Notes under the pieces: generated by a model
Told to the model about the DNA's origin: nothing
Databases searched by the model: none
The model's input: only the letters and a program-made list of their open reading frames with translations
Shown here: positions 10,515 to 21,566 of the stretch, in pieces
Position numbering within the stretch: position 1 is the first letter of the stretch
Layout of the letters: each line of letters starts with the position of its first letter
Translations under genes and position numbers: made by a program
DNA from: Clostridium sp. CAG:1000
Lineage (GTDB): Bacteria; Bacillota_I; Bacilli_A; RF39; UBA660
DNA: 64,000 bases
Assembly: GCA_000436975.1 (NCBI GenBank)
Contig: HG000339.1
Span: forward strand, 20,796-84,795
Direction: 5' to 3'

Positions 10515-11508
10515 ACATAAATAACTTCATTGTTCTTATCATTTGAGCGGTGTATCCTACTTCATTATCATACCACGCAACGACTTTTAATAATTGTTTT
10601 CCATCACTTTCAACTATGTTAGTTAACAACCCATCAACAGTCGCACCAACCTCTTCACCAATAATATCACAACTAACAATGGGATCTTCAGTATATTTTA
10701 AGCACTTGCTTTGATTAGATTTAAACATATTATTAACAGATTCTTTAGTAACAGACTTTTCAAGTTCTAAAGTAACATCTATAACACTACCGTCTCCTAC
10801 AGGAACTCTAAACGCAAGACCATCCATCTTTCCTTTTAAACTTGGAATCACTTTACCAATTTGAGATGCTGCTCCTGTTGATGTAGGTATAATATTTAAA
10901 GATGCTGCTCTACCACGTCTTGCCATAATACCTTTTTTATGAGGAATATCTAATGTTTCTTGATCATTTGTAATAGCATGTACAGTTGTCATAAATCCTT
11001 CTTTGATTATAAATTTATCATTTATTAATTTAAGTACTGGTGCAAGACAATTAGTCGTACAACTAGCCGCGCTTATAACTTCATCAGATTTATTTAAAAT
11101 GTTGTGATTAACACCATATACTATAGTTTTAACTTCATCCTTAGCAGGAGCACTTATAATAACATGCTTAGCCCCAGCATCTAAATGAGCTTTGCATTTT
11201 TCTTTTGATGTAAACACACCTGTACATTCAAGAACTATATCAACACCTAATGCTTTCCATGGAAGTTTAGAAGGATCCATCTCAGCAAATACTTTGATTT
11301 TCTTATTTTTAACTATTAATTCATCAGAATCAAATGATATTTTACTTTTATTTGTTCTATGAACTGAATCATATTTATAAAGATATGCAAGTTGTACTGG
11401 ATCAGTTAAATCATTAATTGCTACTACTTCTATATCCTTATCATTTTCTAATAATCTAAGTGCTGTTCTTCCTATTCTACCAAAACCATTAATTGCTACT
11501 CTTAACAT
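10513..11508 (-). CDS. gap: glyceraldehyde-3-phosphate dehydrogenase
   Basis: 331 aa with INGFGRIGR and the SCTTNC active site. Confidence 0.95.
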   Translation of the reverse strand: MLRVAINGFGRIGRTALRLLENDKDIEVVAINDLTDPVQLAYLYKYDSVHRTNKSKISFDSDELIVKNKKIKVFAEMDPSKLPWKALGVDIVLECTGVFTSKEKCKAHLDAGAKHVIISAPAKDEVKTIVYGVNHNILNKSDEVISAASCTTNCLAPVLKLINDKFIIKEGFMTTVHAITNDQETLDIPHKKGIMARRGRAASLNIIPTSTGAASQIGKVIPSLKGKMDGLAFRVPVGDGSVIDVTLELEKSVTKESVNNMFKSNQSKCLKYTEDPIVSCDIIGEEVGATVDGLLTNIVESDGKQLLKVVAWYDNEVGYTAQMIRTMKLFM

Positions 11509-11519
11509 AATTTCATCTC

Positions 11520-13175
11520 CTATTCAAAATATCCATTTCCTATAAATTCTCTTAATACGCTTGTTTGAGGTACATATTCACTAGGTATATTCAAGAAACA
11601 TTTTAAGAAGTTTAATACTCTTATTGCCTCTTCATAATATACTGAATCCGGGTTAATTGAATATAATAGTGGTTCTGCATATGTTCTTAATACGCCAACC
11701 TCATATGCAAGTGAAGTATTAATTATAATATCAGCAGTTCTTTGATATGGGTAAACATACTTTTCTTCACTCTTTCTCATACCCATCCAAGCATTTAATG
11801 TATCCTCAGCTGAATAACCTCTATGTTGATAATCTCTAACCATTCTTCTTATAAATCTTATATCAATTGTTGATATGTGATTATGCCTATCAAGCCCAAT
11901 TGGAGTAAATGGACTAATGTATACTTTTAATTTATTTTTCTTATCAATAGATGAATTTAATTTTTCATTTATTGCATGAAGCCCTTCAACTATAATAATT
12001 TGATTTTCTTTCAAACTTACAGGTTTACTTTTATATTCTTTCTCACCTGTAATAAAATTATACTTAGGCATAACTACTTCTTTACCATTTAATAAACTCT
12101 TAAGTTGTAAATTAAATAATTTCATATCAATTGCATCAATTATTTCATACTCATAACTACCATCTTCTTTTCTTGGAGTGTCTTTTCTCTCGACAAAATA
12201 ATCATCAGTTGATATTACAAAAGTATCTTTTCCTTTAGATTTTAAATATAAAGCAAGCTTTTTAGATGTAGTTGTTTTCCCGCTTGAAGAAGGGCCTGAT
12301 ATAAAGACTACCTTAATATGTTTGTTGTTCACTATTTTAGTAGCAAGAGTTTCCATATTTTGATCATACAATATTTCATTTGTTTGAATGAAGTCAGCTA
12401 TTTTACCATCAGTAATAATTTTATTAATATCTCCTGCATATCTAACTCCCATAGATAACAGCTTCTTTTCATAAGTTGTAAATGCATTCATAACAAGAGG
12501 AGAAGGAGTATAAGAAGGCAAACTATTTTCAATTGGATAACTTATTGCTATTCCATTTGGTGATATATAAGTTAAATCAAATCTACTAAGTATTTTTGTA
12601 CTAGCTGGCATAAGAAAATAGAAATAGTTATATGTATCCCCTAATTCATACATAGTTACAGAGTCATTAGTCATATATTTATAATTTAATGATTTTTCTG
12701 TTTCTTTAAAACTATTAACATAATCTATCGCATCACTTCTAGAAACACTAATGTGTTTTATTTCCATGTCACTAGCAATAATTTCTTTCATTTTTTTCTT
12801 TATTGCTTTGACTGTAAACGCATCAACTTTTTTATTAATCTTAATTTCACTATATATAGACTTATCAATTGAATGTTTAATATTTACAATCGCATTATCA
12901 CCATATAATTCTTTAACCGCCAAAATATACACATATTTTAAACCTTTTATGTATATTTGTCTTCCAATTCTATCACTAATTCTTATATACTTTACATTAG
13001 AGTCTTCAATCAACTCAAAATCAGTCGCAACGCAAACTCCATTAATTCTAAGTGCTATAACTTGATCATTTTGATTAATTAATTTAAGTACGTCCTTTAC
13101 TTCTGTACCTTTATCAACCTCTAAAACACTACCATCCTCAAATGTTAACTTAACTTTATTATTCACAACTATCAA
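11520..13175 (-). CDS. TGS-domain / uridine-kinase-like nucleoside kinase family protein
   Basis: 551 aa. P-loop ISGPSSSGKTTT in the C-terminal half and a TGS-like N-terminus. Confidence 0.65.
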   Translation of the reverse strand: MIVVNNKVKLTFEDGSVLEVDKGTEVKDVLKLINQNDQVIALRINGVCVATDFELIEDSNVKYIRISDRIGRQIYIKGLKYVYILAVKELYGDNAIVNIKHSIDKSIYSEIKINKKVDAFTVKAIKKKMKEIIASDMEIKHISVSRSDAIDYVNSFKETEKSLNYKYMTNDSVTMYELGDTYNYFYFLMPASTKILSRFDLTYISPNGIAISYPIENSLPSYTPSPLVMNAFTTYEKKLLSMGVRYAGDINKIITDGKIADFIQTNEILYDQNMETLATKIVNNKHIKVVFISGPSSSGKTTTSKKLALYLKSKGKDTFVISTDDYFVERKDTPRKEDGSYEYEIIDAIDMKLFNLQLKSLLNGKEVVMPKYNFITGEKEYKSKPVSLKENQIIIVEGLHAINEKLNSSIDKKNKLKVYISPFTPIGLDRHNHISTIDIRFIRRMVRDYQHRGYSAEDTLNAWMGMRKSEEKYVYPYQRTADIIINTSLAYEVGVLRTYAEPLLYSINPDSVYYEEAIRVLNFLKCFLNIPSEYVPQTSVLREFIGNGYFE

Positions 13176-13270
13176 CCTCTTATTATTATGATACTAATAT
13201 CATATCAAAAATTCATTATTTTGTGAATATTTATTCATTATTTTATTAAAATATAACTAGGAGGAATATA

Positions 13271-13837
13271 ATGCATATACCATATATTGTAGAAAAGTAT
13301 GATGGAAGTGAAAAAGTATTCGATTTATATTCAAAATTATTATTAGAAAGAATTATATTCATAGAAGGGGAAATAAACGATAAAACAGCAAACATTATAA
13401 CAGCGGAACTTTTATATTTAGATTCTTTAAATAGTGATGATATTTATATTTATATAAATTCACCAGGGGGAAGCATAACAGCAGGATTTGCTATATATGA
13501 TACTATGAACTACGTAAAAAGTGATATAGTTACAATAGGTATCGGAATGTGCGCTTCAATGGCAGCTTTTTTACTATCAAGTGGTACAAAAGGTAAAAGA
13601 TCTGCTCTTAAAAATACAGAAGTAATGATACATCAACCACTAGGTGGCATTAATGGACAAGCAACAGAAATCCAAATCGCCGCAGAAAGAATATTAAAAT
13701 TAAAAGATAGAATAAATAAAATTCTTTCAAAAAATACAAAAAAACCTCTCTCAAAAGTCAAAAAAGACACAGAAAGAGATCACTTTTTAAACTCAGAAGA
13801 AGCATTAAACTATGGAATCATAGATAATATTATCTAA
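13271..13837 (+). CDS. clpP: ATP-dependent Clp protease proteolytic subunit
   Basis: 188 aa with INSPGGS, the GMCASMAAF catalytic Ser context and IHQPLGG. AGGAGG RBS upstream. Confidence 0.95.
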   Translation: MHIPYIVEKYDGSEKVFDLYSKLLLERIIFIEGEINDKTANIITAELLYLDSLNSDDIYIYINSPGGSITAGFAIYDTMNYVKSDIVTIGIGMCASMAAFLLSSGTKGKRSALKNTEVMIHQPLGGINGQATEIQIAAERILKLKDRINKILSKNTKKPLSKVKKDTERDHFLNSEEALNYGIIDNII

Positions 13838-14757
13838 CCACCGATATTCTCTATTATTTCTTTTATTTTTCTAAATCTATGATTAATACAACTTTTACTA
13901 ATAGGTTTTTCAGTTTCACTACTTATTATTTCTGCTAGCTCAGCCATTGAACTTTCAGGATACTTTTCTTTATAAAAACAAATTTCTTTAATTTTATCAT
14001 CAAGAAGGTCTATATCAATCAAACCCTTAAGTTTTGCTATTAATTTTAGTTGTTCATTACTGGCTTGAATACTCTTATCAACATTTGCCTGCTCACAATT
14101 ATTTAAACGATTAGTCATATTTTTATGATCCCTGTATATTCTTATATCTTCAAAGTAGAAAAGAGCATTAGTGGCATTAAGCATTTTAATAAAATCACTT
14201 ATTCTCTCAGCTTCTTTAATATATACCATATAATTTTTATCACGCTTTATTAATTTACTCTTAAAATGCATTTCATTTAACAAGTTATTAACATACTCTG
14301 CAGTATTATAATTAGATATTACAAACTCACAATGATATCTACTAGTTTTAGGATCATTTATACTACCACACATTAAAAAGACTCCTCTTAAATATGATTG
14401 CTTATCACGAATGTCATCCACTAAATATAATGAAGGAACATAAATTCTTTCATTATTTTTTATTATACACAGATCATTAAGTATCAAATCCACCTTATCT
14501 CCAACTATTAATACAATAAGTTTATTGCCTCTAAGTGTATTAACCTCTCCTGTATCCATTTTAATATCAACATGATATATTTCTTTTAATAGTTTATATA
14601 TTCTTTTAGCTACACTTGCATTTTCAGTATATATTTCAAATTTATTATCTTCTATTTTAACTGAAATATTTAGAATTCCGGATAATTCAGCCATATTTTC
14701 AGATAAACTATATATATCATTACTAATTTCTGTTTTAATTTTACTTGTAAAAGACAT
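13834..14757 (-). CDS. whiA: DNA-binding protein WhiA
   Basis: [12 protein letters not shown]-terminus, LAGLIDADG-like middle region and a C-terminal HTH. The start is moved to the second ATG (GGTGA RBS); the ORF track starts at 14772. Confidence 0.88.
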   Translation of the reverse strand: MSFTSKIKTEISNDIYSLSENMAELSGILNISVKIEDNKFEIYTENASVAKRIYKLLKEIYHVDIKMDTGEVNTLRGNKLIVLIVGDKVDLILNDLCIIKNNERIYVPSLYLVDDIRDKQSYLRGVFLMCGSINDPKTSRYHCEFVISNYNTAEYVNNLLNEMHFKSKLIKRDKNYMVYIKEAERISDFIKMLNATNALFYFEDIRIYRDHKNMTNRLNNCEQANVDKSIQASNEQLKLIAKLKGLIDIDLLDDKIKEICFYKEKYPESSMAELAEIISSETEKPISKSCINHRFRKIKEIIENIGG

Positions 14758-14827
14758 ACGAATCACCAACATAATTATAATTTAAAAACAGAAAAAACAC
14801 AAATAAAAAGATATAAATTAATATATC

Positions 14828-15997
14828 TTAATATCTAGAAGTAAATCTTTTGCCCTTTGCAGGAAATGAAACATAGTTTCTTGGTTGAAGGTAACTATTT
14901 TCCTTCATAATAGAGAAATGCAAATGAGGGCCAGTAGTACAATAATCATAACTCTCACCACCACCACTACCTGCAATTACTGTATTAACAGTTACATAGT
15001 CCCCTAAATTAACCTTAATTGTATGTACATGCATATAGACTGTTACGAATTCTTTACCATTAACTAAATGTTTTACATATATTTTATTTCCACCGCAACT
15101 CGAACCTGCTATATTAGGATTTTTAACTCTAGCAATTTTAGTAACAACTCCATTAGCTGCTGGATATACATTAGTACCAATAGGGACGCCTAAATCTATC
15201 CCACTATGAAGCGTCCAAATATGTCTAGTTGGGTGATATCTCATACCAAATTCACTAGTAACCGTTGCTTTAACAAGAGGCCTTATAAATCCGGTTGAAG
15301 AAGGTACTTTCAAACAAACATTAATATCGGTGTCCTCACTACATCCATTATTTTTAAATTCCTTTTTAAAGTACTCATATTGTTTTTTACTTGCATCCAT
15401 ATCTTCTTCAATATCTACATGCTCATCAACCAATTGATTTAATGAAACATTGGCACTGTTAAGCAAGTTATTTAACTTATCCATTTCTTTTTCAGAATCT
15501 TCTATTTGCTTAGCAAGTTTTTTTTGAAGTTGCTTATTCTCTTCTATCTTTTTATACATATCATCAATAAGCTCATCATTATACTTAGTAAGTTGTTCAA
15601 CTATTGCTGAACGATATATGAAATCTGTAAATGAAGTTGCTTCAAATATATACTCTAAATATACATTGTCCCCTTCGGAAATCTGCATAAAAGAAAGTAA
15701 ATTATCTATTTCTTTTTTCTTTTCTTCTATTTCTTTATTTAATTCTTCAATCTTTGCTTTTGAGTTCTCTATATCTTTTTGATATTTTGCTATGTTATTA
15801 CCAACATTTCCAATGTCACCTTGAAGACTATTTATTTTTGACTTAGCCTCAGCTTGTTTATTTTTAGAATTGTTATATTTAGCCAAATCTTTTTCGTATT
15901 GTATTCTATAATCTTTAAGAGATATTGCAGCAACATTATTAACAAGCATAAAGAATGAAAAAGCACAAAGAATTATTCTACTAACTTTCTTCATCAT
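14828..15997 (-). CDS. M23 family peptidoglycan metalloendopeptidase with long coiled coil (PcsB/EnvC-like FtsEX partner)
   Basis: 389 aa with a signal/TM segment, a coiled-coil N-terminal half, and HSGIDLG / HLHF LytM motifs. Overlaps the ftsX stop. Confidence 0.8.
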   Translation of the reverse strand: MMKKVSRIILCAFSFFMLVNNVAAISLKDYRIQYEKDLAKYNNSKNKQAEAKSKINSLQGDIGNVGNNIAKYQKDIENSKAKIEELNKEIEEKKKEIDNLLSFMQISEGDNVYLEYIFEATSFTDFIYRSAIVEQLTKYNDELIDDMYKKIEENKQLQKKLAKQIEDSEKEMDKLNNLLNSANVSLNQLVDEHVDIEEDMDASKKQYEYFKKEFKNNGCSEDTDINVCLKVPSSTGFIRPLVKATVTSEFGMRYHPTRHIWTLHSGIDLGVPIGTNVYPAANGVVTKIARVKNPNIAGSSCGGNKIYVKHLVNGKEFVTVYMHVHTIKVNLGDYVTVNTVIAGSGGGESYDYCTTGPHLHFSIMKENSYLQPRNYVSFPAKGKRFTSRY

Positions 15998-16914
15998 ACT
16001 TTCAAATATTTCCTTACAGCTCTAAAGCTACCAAATGCTCCAACTACTACTGCCACCGCAATTATAACACCCATAACTTTATATACTATACTTGCAGGTG
16101 TTGCAAGCTTAATAATTGCTGTAAACAATTGGCCACCTAATTTATCATATAAATATTTATATCCATAACAACAAACGATAATCGGTAAAATAGAACCCAA
16201 TATACCAAGAATAATACCTTCGAAAAAGAATGGTTGTCTAATAAATGAATTACTAGCACCAACAAGTCTTCTTATTTCTATTTCTCTTCTTCTTGATTGA
16301 ATAGTTATTTTGATAGTATTGCTGATTAAAAATGCTGTTACTAAAACCAAGGCAATTACTACTCCATAAGATATTTTCTTTACTATATCAAATATTTTAA
16401 CAAGCTCTTCAACTGAACCTTCTCCATATTTAACAAGTGCAACTTTTTCTATCTTCTTAATTTCAGATGCAGTATCACCTATTTTATTAATATCATCAAC
16501 TTTTACTAAGTATGTATCTTGCAATGGATTTGTTTCTTTAGTATATTCAGACATTATACTATTAAAAACCTCTGACTCCCCTTGCATATCTTTTCTTATT
16601 GACTCTTTTGAATTAAATTTAATTTCTTTAACATTATCAAGCTTATCTAGTTCAGTTCTTACTTTAGATAATTCTAAATCAGTAGCTTTTCTATCGATAA
16701 ATACAACAATAGTCATATCACTTTCTATAGCACTAGTAAAATGATTAACGTTATAAGAAAGCAGTATACTAAATCCAACTAATACCAAAGTAATTGTTAT
16801 ACATACAATACTAGCCATAGATAAAGAAAAGTTACGAAAAACTCCCTTGAATGACTCATCAATATTTTTACCTAATATTCTAAATGCCTTCACTCTTATA
16901 CTTTCCTTTCTCAC
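15994..16914 (-). CDS. ftsX: cell division permease FtsX
   Basis: 306 aa with four TM helices and a large first extracellular loop, immediately after ftsE. Confidence 0.85.
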   Translation of the reverse strand: MRKESIRVKAFRILGKNIDESFKGVFRNFSLSMASIVCITITLVLVGFSILLSYNVNHFTSAIESDMTIVVFIDRKATDLELSKVRTELDKLDNVKEIKFNSKESIRKDMQGESEVFNSIMSEYTKETNPLQDTYLVKVDDINKIGDTASEIKKIEKVALVKYGEGSVEELVKIFDIVKKISYGVVIALVLVTAFLISNTIKITIQSRRREIEIRRLVGASNSFIRQPFFFEGIILGILGSILPIIVCCYGYKYLYDKLGGQLFTAIIKLATPASIVYKVMGVIIAVAVVVGAFGSFRAVRKYLKV

Positions 16915-17578
16915 TATCTTTAGCTATTAAACCTTTTTCTACAACTATTACTCTTTTTTTCATTTTATTTACTATATCTTTATCATGAGTAGCCATTATA
17001 ATAGTAGTTCCTAAGTCTTTATTAATGCTATCTATTACTTTCATAATCTCCATTGAAGTTTCTGGATCCAAATTACCAGTTGGTTCATCACAAATGAGCA
17101 CTTTCGGTTCATTGACAATTGCTCTTGCAATTGAAACCCTTTGTTGTTCACCACCAGAAAGTTCATCAGGAAAACTTCTTAATTTATCTTTTAGTCCAAC
17201 CTGTTCTACAGCTTTAATAACTCTTTTCCTTATGTCAGATTCTTTATATCCATATATCTCAAGAGCAAAAGCTACATTTTCATATACTGTTTTCTTAGGT
17301 AACAACTTGTAATCTTGAAACACAATACCAAGTTTTCTTCTAATTTTATATACTTTTCTATTTTTAAGTTTAGAAACATTTACTCCACCAACATATACAT
17401 CCCCTTTAGTTGGTTTTTCTTGTCTATATAATAATTTAATTAATGTTGACTTCCCGCTTCCTGATGCCCCTATAACAAATATAAATTCTCCCTTAGATAT
17501 TTGCAAATTAACATCACATAAAGCAGTTACTCCATTAGGATATCTCTTACTAACATCTCTTAATTCTATTAATTGCAT
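16880..17578 (-). CDS. ftsE: cell division ATP-binding protein FtsE
   Basis: 232 aa with Walker A GASGSGKST, signature LSGGEQQR and Walker B LICDEPTG. Confidence 0.9.
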   Translation of the reverse strand: MQLIELRDVSKRYPNGVTALCDVNLQISKGEFIFVIGASGSGKSTLIKLLYRQEKPTKGDVYVGGVNVSKLKNRKVYKIRRKLGIVFQDYKLLPKKTVYENVAFALEIYGYKESDIRKRVIKAVEQVGLKDKLRSFPDELSGGEQQRVSIARAIVNEPKVLICDEPTGNLDPETSMEIMKVIDSINKDLGTTIIMATHDKDIVNKMKKRVIVVEKGLIAKDSEKGKYKSEGI

Positions 17579-17606
17579 AACTCCTCCTATAAATACTATA
17601 GATTAT

Positions 17607-18530
17607 TTAAAAAACAATTTTTTCTTTTTTAGTGCCACCAAGCACTTCATAGCAATCACTTACCACAATAAATGCTGTGTCATCTATTTCTTTAATTGCA
17701 CTCTTTAAAAATGAATATTTTTCAGTTGGAACAACACACATAAGAACCTTTTGTCTTTTATTTGTATATGCTCCCTTACTATATAATTCAGTAACACCAC
17801 TTTCAATAATATCTAATATGAATGCAACAACCTCTTCTTCCTTAGAAGTTTGAATATAAAACATTTTAGAATCACTTATTCCTATTAACACCTTATCAAC
17901 AATGTAAGTCGAAATAAATGAGATAATAATACCATACATGATAGATGTATATCCAAACACTATACCGCCTATTCCAATAATAATAAATGCAATACATCTA
18001 AGTATTTTACCAAGAGGCATTTTCTTATATTTCTGTATTATTAATGCAAGTATACTATTTCCGCCAGTATTAAACCCTGCTTTATAAACTAAACTTTCTC
18101 CAAAGCCTCCACATACACCAGCAGCTAGTACATACAATAAAATATTATCAAATGAGAAATTAATTAAATGTGGAATCCCTTCAGTAGCATATAAAAATAA
18201 TGTATATATAAGTGCTCCAACCGCACTCATTAAAGAATCTTTAAATCCAAGTGTAAAGAAACTGGCAGTAATACATATCAAATTAGCCATTAATATTACG
18301 GTACTTACATCAATACCACATAATTTGTTAAGAACAATACCTATACCACCAAATCCGCCTGATATAAAATTATTAGGTACAAAAAATAAATTAAACGATA
18401 GTGCTGAAATAAAACAACCAACTACCAAAAGTATACTTCTAGTAGCTTGCTCTTTTTTTAGTACCCTTCTTTGAATTTTCTCATTATTTCTTTTTCTAAA
18501 TAACCACATAATATTCTTCTCCATTATCAA
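17607..18530 (-). CDS. YitT family membrane protein (DUF2179 C-terminal domain)
   Basis: 307 aa, multi-TM, with a soluble C-terminal domain typical of YitT. Confidence 0.7.
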   Translation of the reverse strand: MIMEKNIMWLFRKRNNEKIQRRVLKKEQATRSILLVVGCFISALSFNLFFVPNNFISGGFGGIGIVLNKLCGIDVSTVILMANLICITASFFTLGFKDSLMSAVGALIYTLFLYATEGIPHLINFSFDNILLYVLAAGVCGGFGESLVYKAGFNTGGNSILALIIQKYKKMPLGKILRCIAFIIIGIGGIVFGYTSIMYGIIISFISTYIVDKVLIGISDSKMFYIQTSKEEEVVAFILDIIESGVTELYSKGAYTNKRQKVLMCVVPTEKYSFLKSAIKEIDDTAFIVVSDCYEVLGGTKKEKIVF

Positions 18531-18603
18531 TTATAACAAATATAGGATATTTTTTCTATTGTTTTAAAATTAATTTCACAAAAGTGTAAATAAAAAAGAA
18601 TAT

Positions 18604-19671
18604 TTAACATTGACGTAAATACGCAAGTAAAAATTCTTTTATATCACCATCTAACACTTGGCTAATATTGGATGTTTCATAATTAGTTCTAGTATCCTTA
18701 ACTAATGTATATGGACACATTACATAACTTCTTATTGCACTACCAAAATTAACATCCATTACATTTCCTTTTAAATCCTTGATTTTTTCATTAAATTCTT
18801 TTAATTTTAATATATATAGTTTATTTTTTAACATTTCCATAGCTCTTTGCTTATTTTGAATTTGACTTCGCTCTAATTGGCACGATGTTACTATTCCAGT
18901 AGGTATATGAGTTATTCTAACAGCTGAGTCTGTTGTATTAACACCTTGCCCACCACAACCACTAGATCTATATACATCTATTCTTAAATCACTTTCATTT
19001 ATTTCTACATCTAAATTTTTATTTATTTGTGGCGTTACTAATACGCTAGCAAATGAAGTGTGTCTTCTAGAATTACTATCAAAAGGACTTATTCTAACAA
19101 GACGATGTACCCCAGTTTCTCCCTTTAAGTAACCGAAAGGATAATAACCTTTAACAAGTATAGTCACTCCTTTTATACCAACTTCTTCACCATCTTGCCT
19201 ACTTATTTCTTCATAAGTATAACCATTCTTTTCAAAGTATCTTATATACATCCTATATAACATGCTAGCCCAATCATTACTTTCCGTACCACCTGCGCCA
19301 GAGTGTATTTCCATATAGCAATTAGAGGAATCAAACTCACCATTTAATATAGTTGATATTTTAAGATTCTCAATATCACTATTAAGTTTATCAAGCTCAC
19401 TATCAACATAATCAATGTCAATTGATGCCATTTCTATCAAAGTATCAATATTTTCTTTAATACTAGAATATTCATCGATAATTTTTCTAAGTGACTTATA
19501 TTCATTTAATATATCTTTAGTATTTTTAACATTAGTCCAAAAGTCAGGTCTATTTATTATGGCATCAAGCTCCCTAAGTCTATTTTCTTTTTCGAATATG
19601 TTAAGTTTACTCCCAATATCCTCTAACGTGTTTTTATACTCATTTAATTTTTTAATAATATCTTTTTCCAT
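18604..19671 (-). CDS. prfB: peptide chain release factor 2, encoded in a single frame
   Basis: 355 aa with SPF (RISPFDSNSRRHTSFASV) and GGQ (SSGCGGQGVNTTDSAVRITH) motifs. The N-terminus is contiguous, so there is no +1 frameshift site. Confidence 0.9.
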   Translation of the reverse strand: MEKDIIKKLNEYKNTLEDIGSKLNIFEKENRLRELDAIINRPDFWTNVKNTKDILNEYKSLRKIIDEYSSIKENIDTLIEMASIDIDYVDSELDKLNSDIENLKISTILNGEFDSSNCYMEIHSGAGGTESNDWASMLYRMYIRYFEKNGYTYEEISRQDGEEVGIKGVTILVKGYYPFGYLKGETGVHRLVRISPFDSNSRRHTSFASVLVTPQINKNLDVEINESDLRIDVYRSSGCGGQGVNTTDSAVRITHIPTGIVTSCQLERSQIQNKQRAMEMLKNKLYILKLKEFNEKIKDLKGNVMDVNFGSAIRSYVMCPYTLVKDTRTNYETSNISQVLDGDIKEFLLAYLRQC

Positions 19672-19677
19672 ATGTAA

Positions 19678-19686
19678 ATTATATCA
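19678..19686 (-). promoter_or_regulatory. extended -10 element (TGATATAAT) 6 nt upstream of the prfB ATG
   Basis: Minus strand reads TTGATATAATTTACATATG. There is no Shine-Dalgarno between the upstream terminator and the ATG. Confidence 0.4.
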
Positions 19687-19693
19687 AATAAAA

Positions 19694-19713
19694 AAGAACT
19701 TTTAAAGGTTCTT
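19694..19713 (-). terminator. intrinsic terminator of the thioredoxin-like gene
   Basis: AAGAACCTTTAAAAGTTCTT hairpin (stop codon in the loop) followed by TTTTTTATTT on the minus strand. Confidence 0.65.
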
Positions 19714-20178
19714 ATCTAAATAAATATCTTTGCTATTTTTATGATTATTCTTAATCAACTTAAGTATTTCATCATTATAACTCTCATCATATCCAATATA
19801 ATATTTATCCTCAATTATTGTTAAAGGTATTCCACTATCCTTTGAAATATTTAACTTATCTTTAAATTCATTCATTATTTTTTGATTTTCTTCACTATTC
19901 CATACCTCAAATCCGTATACATGAATCTTATCATAATATTTAGGCGCAATTCTATTTAAAAACTTCCACTCTTCTTCACAATGAGGACATCCTTTTCCCC
20001 AAAATAAATATATGTTTAATTTATTTTCATCGTAAACCACGTCAGTTAGTTTACTATTCATTGTAATAGTACTCTTAATTTTATTTTCATTCATTTTATT
20101 TGATATATTTATAAGTACTATAAATAATATAAATATAAAAGTAATAAGACTAATTATTAGTATTTTCTTCTTGTTCAT
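19702..20178 (-). CDS. membrane-anchored thioredoxin-fold protein
   Basis: 158 aa with an N-terminal TM helix and a WGKGCPHCEEEW CxxC motif. Confidence 0.6.
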   Translation of the reverse strand: MNKKKILIISLITFIFILFIVLINISNKMNENKIKSTITMNSKLTDVVYDENKLNIYLFWGKGCPHCEEEWKFLNRIAPKYYDKIHVYGFEVWNSEENQKIMNEFKDKLNISKDSGIPLTIIEDKYYIGYDESYNDEILKLIKNNHKNSKDIYLDKNL

Positions 20179-20770
20179 TATTTCCTCCTAACGACATTCC
20201 ATTTAATATATTAGCTAACTCTAAATATTCATCTGATAAACAATACTCTCTTTCACAATTACCATAATTAATTCTATAGCAATTATTAAGCTTAATAACT
20301 CTATTTATTTTATATATTGAGTATTTAGAATTATTCTTGATTTTAGAGAAATCTCCATTGCTTATAAATTCAAGTAAACTCTTTCTCTTAATATATTCAT
20401 TTATTTCATAAAACAGTATTAAAAGTCCAATTATAAACCAGCCTATTAACTCAAGATTCAAAAAATATAAAACAACTAAAGAAATACCCTCTATCAAAAT
20501 TATATTCTTAATATTCGGTAAAACAATATACAAATCATTCTCACTATAGACGATTACATCCCTTAGATATTCTTTATTGTTATCTTTATTTTTTATATAA
20601 ATTTGATATGCAAATACACATACTAATATAATACACATTATTTTAAATAACAAACTAAATCCCAAAAACAAACTAAATGCACACATAAATATTATAATGT
20701 ACGAAACCATATCAGCACGACTAATTTCATAATTTTTCTTTTTATAAAACATTTTACTCATACCTATCAC
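20150..20770 (-). CDS. hypothetical membrane protein
   Basis: 206 aa with several TM helices and no recognisable motif. Confidence 0.4.
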   Translation of the reverse strand: MIGMSKMFYKKKNYEISRADMVSYIIIFMCAFSLFLGFSLLFKIMCIILVCVFAYQIYIKNKDNNKEYLRDVIVYSENDLYIVLPNIKNIILIEGISLVVLYFLNLELIGWFIIGLLILFYEINEYIKRKSLLEFISNGDFSKIKNNSKYSIYKINRVIKLNNCYRINYGNCEREYCLSDEYLELANILNGMSLGGNNEQEENTNN

Positions 20771-21083
20771 AACATAATTATAACATTATTGGTACTGAAA
20801 AAGTCCATTTTTTATGAACTTTACATTATATATTTTTCATATTTGTTCGGTGTATTATCCTAAATGCATAAGTATCACTATACTTTATCAATTTATTCAA
20901 AAGGAAATTAATATATTTTTTTCATAAATTGCTACCATTTGATTTTAAGTTTTAACTGTTCTATTTCTTATTTTTTTATCATTTCCCATACTAGATTGAT
21001 TAATTTGCTAATACTTTTCTGAATTTTTTGACATAGTTTCTTCATTTAGCAGTATCAGTCAAATCATTTATATTACATAAAAA

Positions 21084-21566
21084 CTATATTTTCTTTATCA
21101 TTGTTTTCATTCTTTCATGATAATCTTCTTTATTATAAAAATTCTTACCAATATCATTGTAAGCGAATACATCAACTATAACATATTCACAACCAACGGA
21201 TTTAAAGTATTCTTCCATTTTATTTATTAGTGCTTGTCCTATGCCTTTACTTCTAATTTTATTTGTAACTATTAATTCTGTAATTTCTCCTCTTTTAGGG
21301 CATTTGTAATCTAGGTAATCATGTTCATCATAAGGAAATATACAGCCCATAATCAAGCCTATTGCTTTGCCATCTTCTACCGCTAAATAACATTTGCCAT
21401 TGTTTTGGCTAACTTCTTCTAAATCTATAGTTGCCATTTTCTCTCGATATTCAGGATGAACTTGATCCAAATGATCTTTATCAATTGACACAATGTATTC
21501 TTCAAGTTCTACTAACAAGTCTTTAACATCTTCTAGATATTTATCTTCATATTCTATTACTTGCAT
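21084..21566 (-). CDS. GNAT family N-acetyltransferase
   Basis: 160 aa with a Q/RxxGxG/A-like acetyl-CoA motif (RSKGIGQALI). Confidence 0.75.
   Translation of the reverse strand: MQVIEYEDKYLEDVKDLLVELEEYIVSIDKDHLDQVHPEYREKMATIDLEEVSQNNGKCYLAVEDGKAIGLIMGCIFPYDEHDYLDYKCPKRGEITELIVTNKIRSKGIGQALINKMEEYFKSVGCEYVIVDVFAYNDIGKNFYNKEDYHERMKTMIKKI

Noticed and set aside
14821-14834. Core-only match ATATCTTAATATC at the stop of the M23 peptidase gene in the housekeeping block.
   Set aside because: It lacks the CG-containing arms and the following hairpin or K element. A single AT-rich 12-mer match is plausible by chance in this composition.
18604-19671. Programmed +1 frameshift site in prfB.
   Set aside because: The full N-terminus is encoded in one frame with no in-frame UGA. 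The absence is reported as an observation rather than as a feature.
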